DNA of 64,000 nucleotides, from positions 25,234,001 through 25,298,000 of the forward strand of contig OZ004607.1 of the NCBI GenBank assembly GCA_963924565.1. The letters are read 5' to 3'. Below the pieces are notes generated by a model that searched no databases, was not told the origin of the DNA, and saw only the letters and a list, made by a program, of their open reading frames with translations. The DNA is from Ascidiella aspersa. Lineage: Eukaryota. This document shows positions 12,201 to 24,473 of the stretch, piece after piece (positions within the stretch are counted from its first letter, which is position 1; each line of letters begins with the position of its first letter). The position numbers and the translations under genes were made by a program.

Positions 12201-15200
12201 AGGTAAAATTAACGAATGTGAAAATCAAGTTTCCAATGATACCAACTACTGATTTGAAATTTGTATAGCTATTAGCAGTTAAAACAGGAAAGAAAGTAAA
12301 ATTATAACTAGGCAAATGTGTTCAAAAAGTTAGCTAACTATGGGTAATTCAACCATTTGACTACTATGAAGTTTGGATCTACTTCATTTTTACTTTTGAA
12401 CTATTATTATAGGTACTCGGCAGCGACAGCCTATGGCCGGTGTTGGTTGCTTACCCCGGACTACTGTCTGTATATTACCTCGCCAACGCATATTGGGTTC
12501 CAATCACCCCAGCTTACCACCTGCGAAGAAACGATGGAAGCAAGGCATATTCGTCTCTGCGTAAACTACGGGGATCCAATAAGGTTTGTTGTTGACAGTG
12601 ATAAAATATACGACAGTGACAAAAAATATTAAAATTAAATCCTTCTAAAAAAACTCCAATGAGTTTGAATGTTCAGCATTTATAATACCACACTATTGTT
12701 TAATAAGGCGCCTAGTGCGCTTTTACATAAGCCCACAATTGCCTTACGCATAATTTATAATTATATGATTATGTTTTACGCCCGATACAGGCTGTGGTTG
12801 ATGCAGAGTTCCAGGAAATGTCAAAACAATTGATCCGGGGTTCTGAGCAAAGTATGATTTCATTTGGCGAACTGCTGTGCAATCCCGTATACAGGAGACA
12901 GCTCTTCACTGCATGTGTCATCCTGGCCAACTTTCAGACGATAGGCTTCATAGTTGTCATGCTTTACAGGTGCGACGACTTGTGTGTCACCATGGATTTA
13001 AACTGTTGGTTGATCTTTTATTTAGCTTTTAAGGCTCCCAATACTAATAGCAAATTGGTGGATGACTTCACTACGTCACGTATCCAGCAGCAAATTTAAG
13101 TTTTACCATAGGTGCCCCTTTCGGTCTTGCATTTTACTTGAAGTTGAAAAATACTTTATTAAATATAATTTTTTAGAATGCAATTTTCCAGAAATACATT
13201 ACGATGAAAATAACGATATACTATATTTTGTATATATATATTTTTTAGCAGTACCACCCAAGAGGTGATGCATTCGATGTATTAATAAAGTTGAATTAAT
13301 GACGTGTTATAGTAGATTTTCATCTCGTAACAACTTAAATATTGCTATAACAAATTCACTTTGTAACTTTGTATACACAGTCACACGATTTTTATTTAAA
13401 CTGTATCAGCAACTAACTACAAAGTTAGTGATTTAAAAGCCGTTTTTTGTCTGGATAATCAACTGTAAGAAGCACTAATTTATCCGGTTGTTTTAAACTG
13501 CAGTGATTCCATGTTCATAGCTGCCGGAATGCCTGCTGATAAAGCCACATTTCCATCCATTGGCGTGTGCGTCGAAACTGTCTTGGTTGCACTCGTCGGG
13601 GTAAGTTCAAGCCTGCTTCAATTGTTGTATGTCTTAAGATGTAAGTCAAATTGTCTGATCTTTGTACCTTGAATTTTGATTGGTTACGTTACTTTTAAAG
13701 TTTTAAAAATAAGACAAACTTTTTTGGCAGTATTTTTACCAGTTGTGGACAATTTCTGTCGTTTACGAAACGTTTTTGAGTTGTAACCCGAATATTTTAA
13801 GAGAAAAATGGATTTCCAATGATTTATCATAACACTGATCCTCCCAAATAGTATGCAAAACAATCTGAGCAGGCCAAATAAAGCAAATATCGATCATTCT
13901 ATTTCATGACGATTTTCTTAGAGATTTGAAGAACTTTTACATTTGCACATCTATAGCATGGTTTATCTCAGTATAGTTAACGTTTAGTTAGAGCAGCGGT
14001 TCCCAAACTGGGGTCCGCGGACCAAATGGGGTCCATACAGCACTTTCGGAGGGTCCGCAATATATCGCGCTGCTAGAAAGTATTGTTTTACAGTTTTCAC
14101 TGTGACTTTAGGCTAAACGCCCTGACCCTTTCCAAGATGCAACATCAGTCAAATTGATCTGGTTATGTAAACCTTTTTGCGTGAAATGATAACGTCTTTG
14201 TAATTTAGCGATTGGAAAGTATGCAACATCTCTCTTACGCGAACATTCTACGCTTAAAGTGTAGTCTTCTAATTCAAATTTATGTCAAATACGCAAATTT
14301 TTCGCGCTTCGCGCACATCGTTTTTCCCAGTCTCTTAACATTTGATTTTATTTGCGCTCATGATCGACGACAGAAGCAAGTTTCTGAGGCTTATGTCTTT
14401 TGATGCTACTTTGTGACGTTAGCTTTAAACATTTCTTGTCCCGACCAAACGAAAAACGTTGATCGTCTCCTGGTACGCATGTAGCCTACTTTATGTGGCC
14501 CGCAAAGAATAGGCAAAAAATATTGTGGCCCGCGATGCAGTCAACCGTGGACCACCCTGAGTTAGAAGGTTGTTACATTAGAAAGAATTGTGACTGCACC
14601 AGTGTACTAAAAGAAACGTGGGTCAACTGACCTTTGGAATTTTATAGGGCCGCGAAATATCAAAATAATTGCAACGGGTCCGCGAGTCAAAATTTTTACA
14701 AAAATTTGGGAACCGCTGAGTTAGAGGCAATTAACGTACACTTCCTTACCTTCCTATACAGAGCTTTATGATACAAAAATTCGACATCCGACGGCTTCTT
14801 ATCTCGGGCAACTGTATCATCGTGGTATCTTGCATTGTGCTCAGTCTAAGCCAGTCACTTCGTCATATCCACACTGCCATGCCTTACGTATACATAGCCG
14901 CCACCTTTGTCTACATATTTGGGTAAGTAGAAAATATGAATAGCCCAATATATTAACATAAAACCGATGTCAACGCAAAGAGTGAAGTACAATTGTCCTC
15001 ATTCAAATATAAGAACCGCTAAGACACCTGATAGTAATTTCGGAAAGTTGCTGGTTTTGCAGGTTAAGTATAACAAAAATACCGTGATAATTAGTAAATT
15101 AAGAAACGTATTAGGTTTGAACCCAATTAAATACTATTATTCGTAAAAATAAATAAGCTAGGTGCAGTAACGCCATCACTCATATTATTTTTACCCATCA

Positions 15201-16334
15201 CGAATATTATTTTTACTTCAGATATATTTGCTAGCATTACTTGAAAAAAATCTCGTAGTTTGTGTTTTGTTGCAGGGTGGGTACAGGGCCAATGCTAGTG
15301 TCCTTTCCGATGATGGTTCAAAGCATCAACAAATTTCCAGAAGCTCGTGCCCCAATTCTAATTGTAGCCGGGACTATGTTCTGGGTCGCTGGGGCTGCTG
15401 TCGGATTTTCGGCCCCGTATTTATTTGTAAGTATTGACGACCTAGCACCAGGGCCGCGGAGTCGGTTAAAAATAACTCGAGTCCAATTCTTAAGCCCGAC
15501 TCCGGCTAAATATATGATTTCGTCGAACCTCGAGTCCGGCTACGACTTTACATATTAAGTTGGATTTGTAGCAATCCTATTATAAGACGGTCATCTACTC
15601 AAAATACATCGTTGTAAACTATCCAACATTTTCTTTTCACGTGTAGGCCTACAGTTTAAAGTTGGCGGCTATTTCAGTTTTAAGGGGGACAGGGTTGTTT
15701 TACGTGGTCTTACTCGCGTCCCGAGTCCCGAATACGACTCCGCAGCCCTACCTATAGCATACAAAACTACATTGCCTATAGAAGACATATGTTTTATAAC
15801 GTTTAAAGAATCTTTTTACAGTCTGTTTTATCGGTAGCCAAGGGTTCGAAGTCTAATCCTACTATGTACGGCCCCTGAAATGTGTCCTGTGGGTTTATGT
15901 TCTGACATTTTTTTTGCATTCGTTAAAGACTTTAGAAAACTTTTTTTCAGCTTTTGTTAACTGAATGAGAATATGACTCTGTTTTGAATGTCATGGTTGA
16001 AACTTAACAAACGATTAGACGTGCTAGTTGTGTTATTGTTTCGTACATGTGGAACCACGATAATATGTGTATAGGACAGGTATTGGACACCATTTGCTAT
16101 TAAACGGATTAAAAACTAATTGGGCCCCGTAGTCTTTCCACGCTTATGTATGATGAATTTCTGTTTAACAATCATGGTTCTCATAAAGCTGCGAAGCAAA
16201 TTCAGTTTTCCATACATCTTGTGTATTTATTTTTCCTGTAGAAAGCATTCGATGGGTTTGCTTGGCTTGTTTACGCATTAATAACAACCTTAGTCACTGT
16301 CTACTTCATCTACGTTCTAAAGCCGACCAGATGA
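6224..16334 (+). CDS. Divergent sugar-porter (SLC2A/GLUT-like) MFS transporter, 11 exons
   Basis: Approximate exons 6224-6289, 7186-7321, 7664-7768, 8067-8230, 11768-11890, 12413-12582, 12791-12969, 13504-13600, 14762-14922, 15276-15427, 16242-16334 join in frame. Twelve hydrophobic segments with GLUT landmarks: TSLNPATPALRRFFNKTY (N-glycan loop 1), IIVGRFINGFARG (TM4), LYVTE, LGSDSLWP, LRKLRG, LLCNPVYRRQL, GTGP (TM10), FWVAGAAVGFSAPYL. Confidence 0.85.
10870..11155. mobile_element. Two adjacent MITE remnants
   Basis: GGCCCGC repeats end in AAAAGGTTGCCGACCCCTG (~11003). They are followed by GGAGTCGG/GACTCG repeats ending in GACTCCGCAACCCTG (~11155). Confidence 0.6.
13994..14718. mobile_element. 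hAT-type MITE in a GLUT-like gene intron
   Basis: 14-bp perfect TIR CAGCGGTTCCCAAA/TTTGGGAACCGCTG and perfect 8-bp TSD AGTTAGAG (13986-13993, 14719-14726). It contains an internal second MITE end at ~14525-14559. Confidence 0.88.
15449..15750. mobile_element. GGAGTCGG-repeat MITE just after GLUT-like exon 10
   Basis: Imperfect TIR CAGGGCCGCGGAGTCG / CGACTCCGCAGCCCTA with internal CCGACTCC and CGAGTCC repeats; related to the 11.0-11.15 kb element. Confidence 0.65.
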
Positions 16335-17839
16335 GCTCAACGACCGCATTTAATAAGGAATATGACAAGCTTAAGCGTTGACCTGAATGATAAAGCTGTT
16401 TTTACTCTAACGGAAGCAAAATGTTGCACACATTTATAAAACTATTTTAGTAAATTATTTTTTTCTCAAACAATCTTCACAATTTACGTTTAAACATGCC
16501 CGCTATGTGTATTTTACTGTTGTTAAATCGTTAAACCGCATTTATGGCCTTGGCCTTAAACTGACCTATAGTGTCCTGGCTTCTTTAGCTATTATAGTCT
16601 TCTTTTATCAATTTAACATTAATTTCCGATTTGTAGAATGACCACTGCCTATATCGCTTTACTATAGCCTACTTTTGTTTTATTTTATCTGTGTCGTATG
16701 TTTTTTCGCTTCAAAAAATTAAACTTAAAGCAACATTTAATTGGTTGCTAGTCTTCCCACATTATTTAACCAAACGCAACACATGAATGTTTTACAAGTT
16801 GTTCAAAAAACAATTGACGTCTAAAAGGGCTACTATGTGTCCTTTTAAGGAGGTTTTGTCCTCTTTCGGAAAGAAAATGAATGGTCCTCCAAAGATACTA
16901 AAGATGCCCTAAAGTCTTTTTTTGATTTTGCAATTGATTCTTTTTTTAACATTGTTGTGTTGAAATCTGTCTTTTCGGCATGATACCTAAGTCAAGTAAA
17001 AGTTTTCGGCGACAGCATGTATAGTTCGTTTTGACAAAAGAAAGAAACCACTAAATAATAAGGCTCTGCACTCTAAATCTGGCAAACAAATTTGTTTTGG
17101 TGTATTTTCTACTGTTACCTTTGTGAATATATGTGTATATTTTTGCCAAAAAAAGTTGATCAATTCTGTTAACTTAAAACTCTAATTGCATTGCACTTGT
17201 TATCGAAATTGTCCCCTTTTTGCCGGTTAAAATGTGGCTATAAAAACTGGTTGTTTTCATTTTACTTGCTTGTTAAAATGTGCAATTATTGTTTATAAAT
17301 CTTAAACGTAAAAAAATATTTCTTTGTCGTCTGCAAACCATTGGGATGCAAACCATTTCGGAAAACTTAATTTTATTATTATATTACATTAGTATTTATC
17401 TGAGGAAGGTTGTTTGTATTACAATGGGCCACGAATAGAATTTCAAGGGGTCCGCCACATAAAATTCTTTAACAATGCTTGAAACCACTGGTTTAGATCA
17501 TAAATACTGGTGAACAAGTTGTGACACACCAACAGGGTGTAAAATCTTGCCTTTCACGGTGGCGAATCAGAGAATAATAAAGGCTTCTAAAGAACACGGT
17601 GAAAATAAAACTCTCTCTAACATTGCACTTTGTATTTTAATTTTGGAATTTAATTTTGGAACACCAACTAAGATAAATTTATGGAACAACTGCCTTTTGA
17701 TTTGGCATAAAAGTTGATTGGGTTTCGAGCGTATGTTCAACATCTCAGGGCTTCCGTACAGATGGAAAATCATTGTTCTGTAGTTTTGAGGCGCTAATGT
17801 TTTGGTAGTTATAAGTCTGTTTCAAAATTACAACTTTTG

Positions 17840-17868
<29 letters not shown>
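17840..17868 (+). repeat. Poly(A) tract (29 nt)
   Basis: Direct reading. Confidence 0.9.
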
Positions 17869-17871
<3 letters not shown>

Positions 17872-18171
17872 GTGCATTTCCTGTATTATTCGTAGACCTA
17901 CTAAATTTATTTCGTACTGACAGTGACTTTGGAAAAAAGTGCACGTAAAAACATCAGGTTACATAGCGGTACATCTGGTATGGCCTCGCCTCCACTTGTA
18001 TACCACAGAACATGAAATAAATTGCAAACAAGTGCCTGACAATTAATATTTGTTACGTCACAAGTAAATTAAACTTTGTATGATTAACAGTGTGTATATA
18101 ATACTGGTGTAAAACAAATGATAAAAAAATCAGCCTAGGGGCCAAGATGTGAATTCAAGATATGGGGAGTT

Positions 18172-21100
18172 ATGAATCCGACAAAGGTTTCCGGAAACTG
18201 CCCAACCTCTCAGCGTAAGTAAACTTGAAAAGACGTGTTCGTTTGTTTTTTTTATACGAGATTAATGAAAAGAGTCTGATAACAATTGTTTTTTTATAGA
18301 AAAACATTTTATAGGCGCGTATGATCTTTTTAGATTGTCACAACCAAACTTTGCCAAACCGAATCTGAGAGATGCGTGCTACAGTAAATTCCACGACGCC
18401 CACAAACTTCGTCACTGGGACGGAACAAGCGTTTTAAATAGTAAGTTGTTTGGTATGAGCGAATTACTAACGTAGCACCGGTTTATTTTTCGCATTGTGA
18501 TTATAAATATTATGACTAGTTAGTCGTTTTAAAACGCAAACAGTTTATCCGAAAAGTTTGTCTTTAAACTAAAGGCGATTAATTTTTTTCCACGATAGAG
18601 GAAGGGCTGACCCACCTAACGATGATACGTTGCAATTTTTTCTGGCAAACGATTTCGTTAATGTTATTCCTGTTATTGATTTCACGACTAGCGTATATAT
18701 AACGTTAGTTTAGTTTCGGTGGGCAAACATACATAAAGTGCATCGAAAATGGACTTATTGTCATTCTTTCTTTTTCTTTTTTTTTTAAAGCTTGTGATTT
18801 TTTGACTATACATACTGACTTTGTCACATGGACGCTTGTGTTTGAATACCTTACATAAGTCTACCTGTAGCCTACCACTGAAATACCTCGACCAGTAGTA
18901 CATTGATAAAAATAAATGTAAGATTTGACCTTTTCCAAAAAAGGCCAAGGCCGTGTTCGTAGCCTGCTTTATGCTTCCCCGTTAGATGCCAGCCTCACAT
19001 CACAAGAAAGCTTGTCCAAGCGACTGTCGTCGCGGGAGTTGCTTCGTCGAGCGAGCGTAAGCAGTCGTCAAAGGTTACCCAAGGTCGAACTGGCCTTCGG
19101 GTTGACCGACATCGACACGGAAAGTTTCCCACCTGTCAAAAGTTCCCGGGGCTTTCGAGGGGTGCTTTCTCGCGACTCCAGTCACGTAAAAGCGGCCTCC
19201 ACCCGAAAGCACATTGCCATGCGAGTATACGGCGACCAGATGTCGCTGATACAGAAAGACGTTCAGGTTTGTGCCCTTATTAAATAGGAACAGCACCTCA
19301 CGCAAATTCAGGCACCTTCTAAATCCCATTGCAATGATTATCATGATTAGGCCGACTAGCTGCGGTAATAACCTTGACACCTGGTGTGATCCTACAGCTA
19401 GGGGGGCGTCAAATGGTTCTCTACTGCAATATTTAACTTTTAGTGTACGGTAGTGACTTTATTAGTTCATGCTATCGTTTAGGTTATTTTTGCTTTTATG
19501 CTATTATTTGCTTGATAAGTTTTAGCTACTACTTTTTTAATATGTTTTCAGTACCCAAATCGCTTTTATTTAGCCTATGTGTGGTACTTTTACGACCGAT
19601 TTGGGTTACGATTAGTCATAACAATTTGTTGCAGTTTATGTATATCTCTAGGTATCAGGTCGCGTCCAAACATTATATTTTCTATGTGCATACCATTGCA
19701 TAATGTAACTTTAGTAAACATATACACATGACGAATAAGTCATGGTTCAATTTAAGATAGAGGTAAAAGTTTGTTCGCTTCTTCGAAATAGTTCTTCTTC
19801 ATCTTTTCTATATCTGAAAACATCCAAACTTAGACTTTTTCTGTTCGTGCTCGTTTATAATGTTTTAACGAAATGTGCATCGCATTGTGTGTTACAGACT
19901 TTGAAACAAGATAAACGTATTGTATAATTGTTGCGCTTCGGGTGAACTTTTACGTATAGTTATTCTATACACCCTTATAATCGTAACAACACAGCTTGTT
20001 CAAAACCTTTATATCGAGCACTATTTCAATGAGCAACTTGTATACCCCACATGCGTCATGCCTCCATCAGGAATTAACTAAAGTATTTTTATATTGCCAG
20101 TCTAACTCTAAAGATATGTAATCGACAACAACTGAATTGCTATAAATATAATGCTTGTTTAGTATTTGATGAGGGCGCAAGGCACAAGAAAATTAGAAAA
20201 AGGGTGCGATTCAAAAACGGTTAAAAAACACTGAAAGACGCTTATAAAACGGAAAAGGTCTTTACATAAACGTTTTTCCTGGCAATAATCTATGCTAAAA
20301 ACCGGCCATACAAATTTTTACACGTAAAAAGCAGCAGAAAAATAGTTTCGCTTATATGGAATTTCTTTAAAACATATTTGGTCTATTTTGATTTTTAGGA
20401 AGCTTCAACGATAGGCGTTAACTCTTTCATTGGCGATAAAGGAAGGATGCATTGCAGTTTGCCGTCGCTTCCAGCCACTAGGACACTAACCGCTAATAAA
20501 ACGCCTAGCTGTGGATTGGGAAAGTTTCCATTTGAGAACCAGTCTTTTGTCGATCTATGCAAAAACACAGCTTTCACGCCCAGATTGCCCTTCAACAGCC
20601 AGGTGTCGTTTAAGTCAACCACATGCTTTATGCCAAAGGTAAAACACTTTTTATACATGACAATATTTGCTTCTAGTTTGTATCCGTCCATTTCAACAGT
20701 TAGGGGTGCCAAATGGAAAATTCGTTAATTTAAATAACCACTTTAAACTTAAATTTTAGGAATATAGCCTACAATAAGAATTTATACAATTCAAACTTTT
20801 ATTTATCTATTGCTGGATAGTAACGTATGAAAACACAGGCTGTTGAACGTGTCCCTACTCCAAACGCTAAAATTAAGAACGCTAAAATTAATGAATTTAT
20901 TGATTAAATTAATCATTGGTTTATGTCTTGATTTTAACACTATCTTTTAATTTTCTCTCAGGATACCTCACATCAGGAACTGAATTGGAGAAGTTCTCGC
21001 TATGGTGCAACAGAAAATAAATCCACCGCTTTTTTTGCAACTTCCTCTTTAAACAGTTTAGTTTCAGTCGCAACGATAGGTAAATGTATTTTTTGTAATG

Positions 21101-24100
21101 TTATTTCGCGTAAATAACATCTGTTGTTTTACTACTATTTAATATACCTTATAACAGCGTCTTGCAAAAAGTCTTAAATTATTTTAAAAAGGCAAAAAAA
21201 CACAATATGGCACCAAACAGGCGACATTACCAAAGATTGAACAGAACTTACATACAAAGAAAACTGCAGAAAGTCACGAACAAAACGGTATGTTGATACT
21301 TTTTTATGATGTCCTATGCGAGTAGGCTTACCAGGTAAAACCGAAAATATACTCATGAAATTGTCGCATAACGACACATGGTTATATGCGGCATTTGATA
21401 GGACTTTAGTACAAATCATCCAGACTATGATATAGTATAGGGTATGTTTTAGTAAATATAGTTTAAACTTGCAGTTAAGTCATCAAGCTATGAAAATGAA
21501 AAACGCCAGCCAATTGCTGAACAGACGGCTGACAATGAATGTGATTCACTGACATCTTCAACTACATATGTTACCGCGGACGAGGAAGATTCTTGGTTAA
21601 CATCAGATCTCATAACAGCAAATGAAGATACCAAATCCTTCGAGAGAAATGGTAGGTATTTGTGATTACGGATAACTGTTGTCAGAGGCAGATCAAGGAT
21701 TTTAGTTTGAAGGACATAACAATGTTTAGAGATGACGTCATAAGGATATATAATAACATGACGTGGGAAAACAATCTATCTTCAAAACACGCTCTGTTCT
21801 CTGTCAATATGCAAGTAAATTTTACGCTAATCGTTCGAAGCTCACAAAATAGGTTATATTGTTTAAACTGTATACTTTATATTTAGAGGATGCGTAACGC
21901 ATTAGGCCCAATACTTAGATTCGCATAATGTTAGATATAATGTCTCTTTTAAATTTGGCATACATTCCGCTTTATAGAGTTTATGAGTTCGCATAACGCA
22001 ACATGCAATAGTATGCACAACTCGATTAGGCTCGAAATTTACCCTTAGATCAAGTGTTATAGGCATTTTATTAAGGAAATATGTCCGGCTGCGATGCGTG
22101 ATACCAAATGTGGTATACTTGTCCGATACTAAGGAGCTGTCGGTGACGATCATATTTTGCTAAGTAACCTGGAAAGCATTCACTTTTTTTTAATTTTGCT
22201 TGTTTGCCCGTAATAATGAGATTATTCAGTGTCGGGTCAGAATAAAATAGGAGGTGCACATTTAAATTCCGAAATGTTAGTTACCCCATAATTCGTGAAT
22301 TCAAATGCTGTTTGGTGTCGTATAATGTTCATTGATCGAAACATATATGTTTATTTGTCAAAAAATATATTAATTCGCTTCGTTAACCAAGACAAAGCTG
22401 CAACAACACAAAGACATATGGTGCTGTCGCTATTATGATAAAAGTACTAACCTATTTACGGATCGAAATAGTTTTACGAATCGATTATCGCAGACTTCCC
22501 TAAAACCGGTTTAACAACAATTCAGAACGCAAGGAAAGAAAAGGCTTCCTGGCCAAGGCAAACGCATCTGATGACACTCTACCTTACCTGATTAACCAAG
22601 ACACGCCAAGCTGGGAAGAACCGAGTAGGAACATAAACAAAACTAAACTTCCCCCGCTGAACGCTGTTTTTCGTGAGTCGATGAATAATGACGCCGATGA
22701 CGAAGACGACTCGAAGACGTCCGATTTATTCAAGTACCGTTGTCGCGCGTCACGAGACGAGAGAAAACGTCGCGAAATTGACGCAACGGAGGGTAAGAAG
22801 TCCACGCGCGTTGACCTTAAATTCGCATCGCAATACGTCGTAGGGAATAATCGCAGTAGTAATTTTAATTTCTGTATCTGAGGGGCACAATTGTTTTAGT
22901 CTGAACCCTTTTCATTTATTGAAACGTTAACAGCGATAAACAGAACGGGCTTTGTATTAGTTTTGACATTTGTAAAGAAATAAAGTTATTATTCCTTACA
23001 GCTTACACTTTTGTGTAAATTTAAGTGCGCCAATACTCGCAAAACTTGAAACTGGTCGGGCAACCCTTAGTTAGAAAAGTTCGGCGCTCCACATAACTTT
23101 ATTATTTTCCAGTTACTCCAGATTATATGTGCCCAAAGAAACATATATCAATTCATATAGTTCTACGGCACTAATTTGACTAGAATAACTTTTCTTTTAT
23201 TCAAAATGAAATGTTTAATTTGTTTATTAATATGGTTTCTCGTACTTCCTAATAGACAATACTGTTTGCATTTGATAACTTTAGTGGTATTTACTTAGTG
23301 GACCACAATAAAAATAACATTTTCGTATAGATAAAACAAGGCTGTACATCGCTACTCCAATCTAACAACCGATCTACCACAGGTGACTGATTTAACCCTT
23401 TTGTACAACTTTTAATACGCAGAGAAAAATCTCAATGTAGATTACCAGGAAGGCGATGAGACCAACGATCACGAAAAACAATACAAGAAGTTTGCTCGAT
23501 CGAGACGAAAGCATGGAAAGAAAAGTCGATCACGTAATAATTTGAAAACAAACATTTATTGCGATTCTTCATTTCACTGGTTCAAAATACCTATTTTTCC
23601 CGTAAAAACTTGTTTTAGTTATAATATAACTGCATGTGTTTTTTCGTAATAGGCTCACCTCAAGTTACTTCATCGTCGTCTTCCACAACTCTACTTGGAT
23701 CTTCCAAGAAAGTCAAAGCGAAACGAAAGCCAAGGAAAAAAAGGCAATGTCTGTCAGAAGGTATAAGTACAAAGCATTTAAACATTGCAAGATTAAATGC
23801 GTTAAAAAAACCTTTGGTCTACCCCTTTACGGTTTATAAATCGAAAAGGGGAGCTTGTAAGCACTTTAAACACATTTGTTTACTTCACAACATATCGTTC
23901 GTCCGGTGTTCCGTAGAATCGAATATTTTTTTTAACCGCCTAACTGGCTGATTAAAAATAAATTGATACCAACGGCGGTAACTTCATCTGCCTCTGTTGT
24001 TGGTTAAGGTTTTCTATATCAAATTGCCGGACCCTGGTGTTTTCGTGATTTTATAAAACTATGTATAGTGGCCCTGAAATGCGTTGTTAGTTAAAATTTA

Positions 24101-24473
24101 TAATTTGCAAATCGTGCTTTTTACAGGAAATTCGCCTACGATAATTTTACTTTTGTTTAAACGTATAGACTTCATGGACTTATTTTCTATTTCACGAAAC
24201 TTTAAGAGATGAAATAATCGACGGAAATGCCAATGAAAAATACTGTATACAGTTTTCGCACAAATTACTTTAAAACGCAAAACTGTCACAATATTTTGTC
24301 GTGCTAATCGGCCTAATTACTTGTCTAAGTGTGTGCATGACTGTACAGTTGTACACCGACTAATTGGCGTATTCATTTTAGAAAACTTATCGCACAACAA
24401 TAAAGAAGGAAACGCAAAGTACGACCCTTATCCACAAGATGGCGACAATGAGCTCGAAACCAGTGAGCTGTGA
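18172..24473 (+). CDS. Uncharacterised hydrophilic, low-complexity multi-exon protein
   Basis: Series of AG/GT-bounded open blocks at about 18172-18214, 18300-18440, 18599-18656, 18945-19266, 20399-20638, 20962-21079, 21475-21651, 22526-22792, 23331-23382, 23423-23533, 23653-23760 and 24382-24473 (ends ..DNELETSEL*). Ser-rich, acidic and basic tracts; AATAAA at ~24555. Several junction phases are uncertain and no domain was recognised. Confidence 0.6.

Noticed and set aside
17780-17870. Poly(A) tract as the tail of a SINE or retrocopy
   Set aside because: No TSD, pol III A/B boxes or upstream polyadenylation signal is visible.
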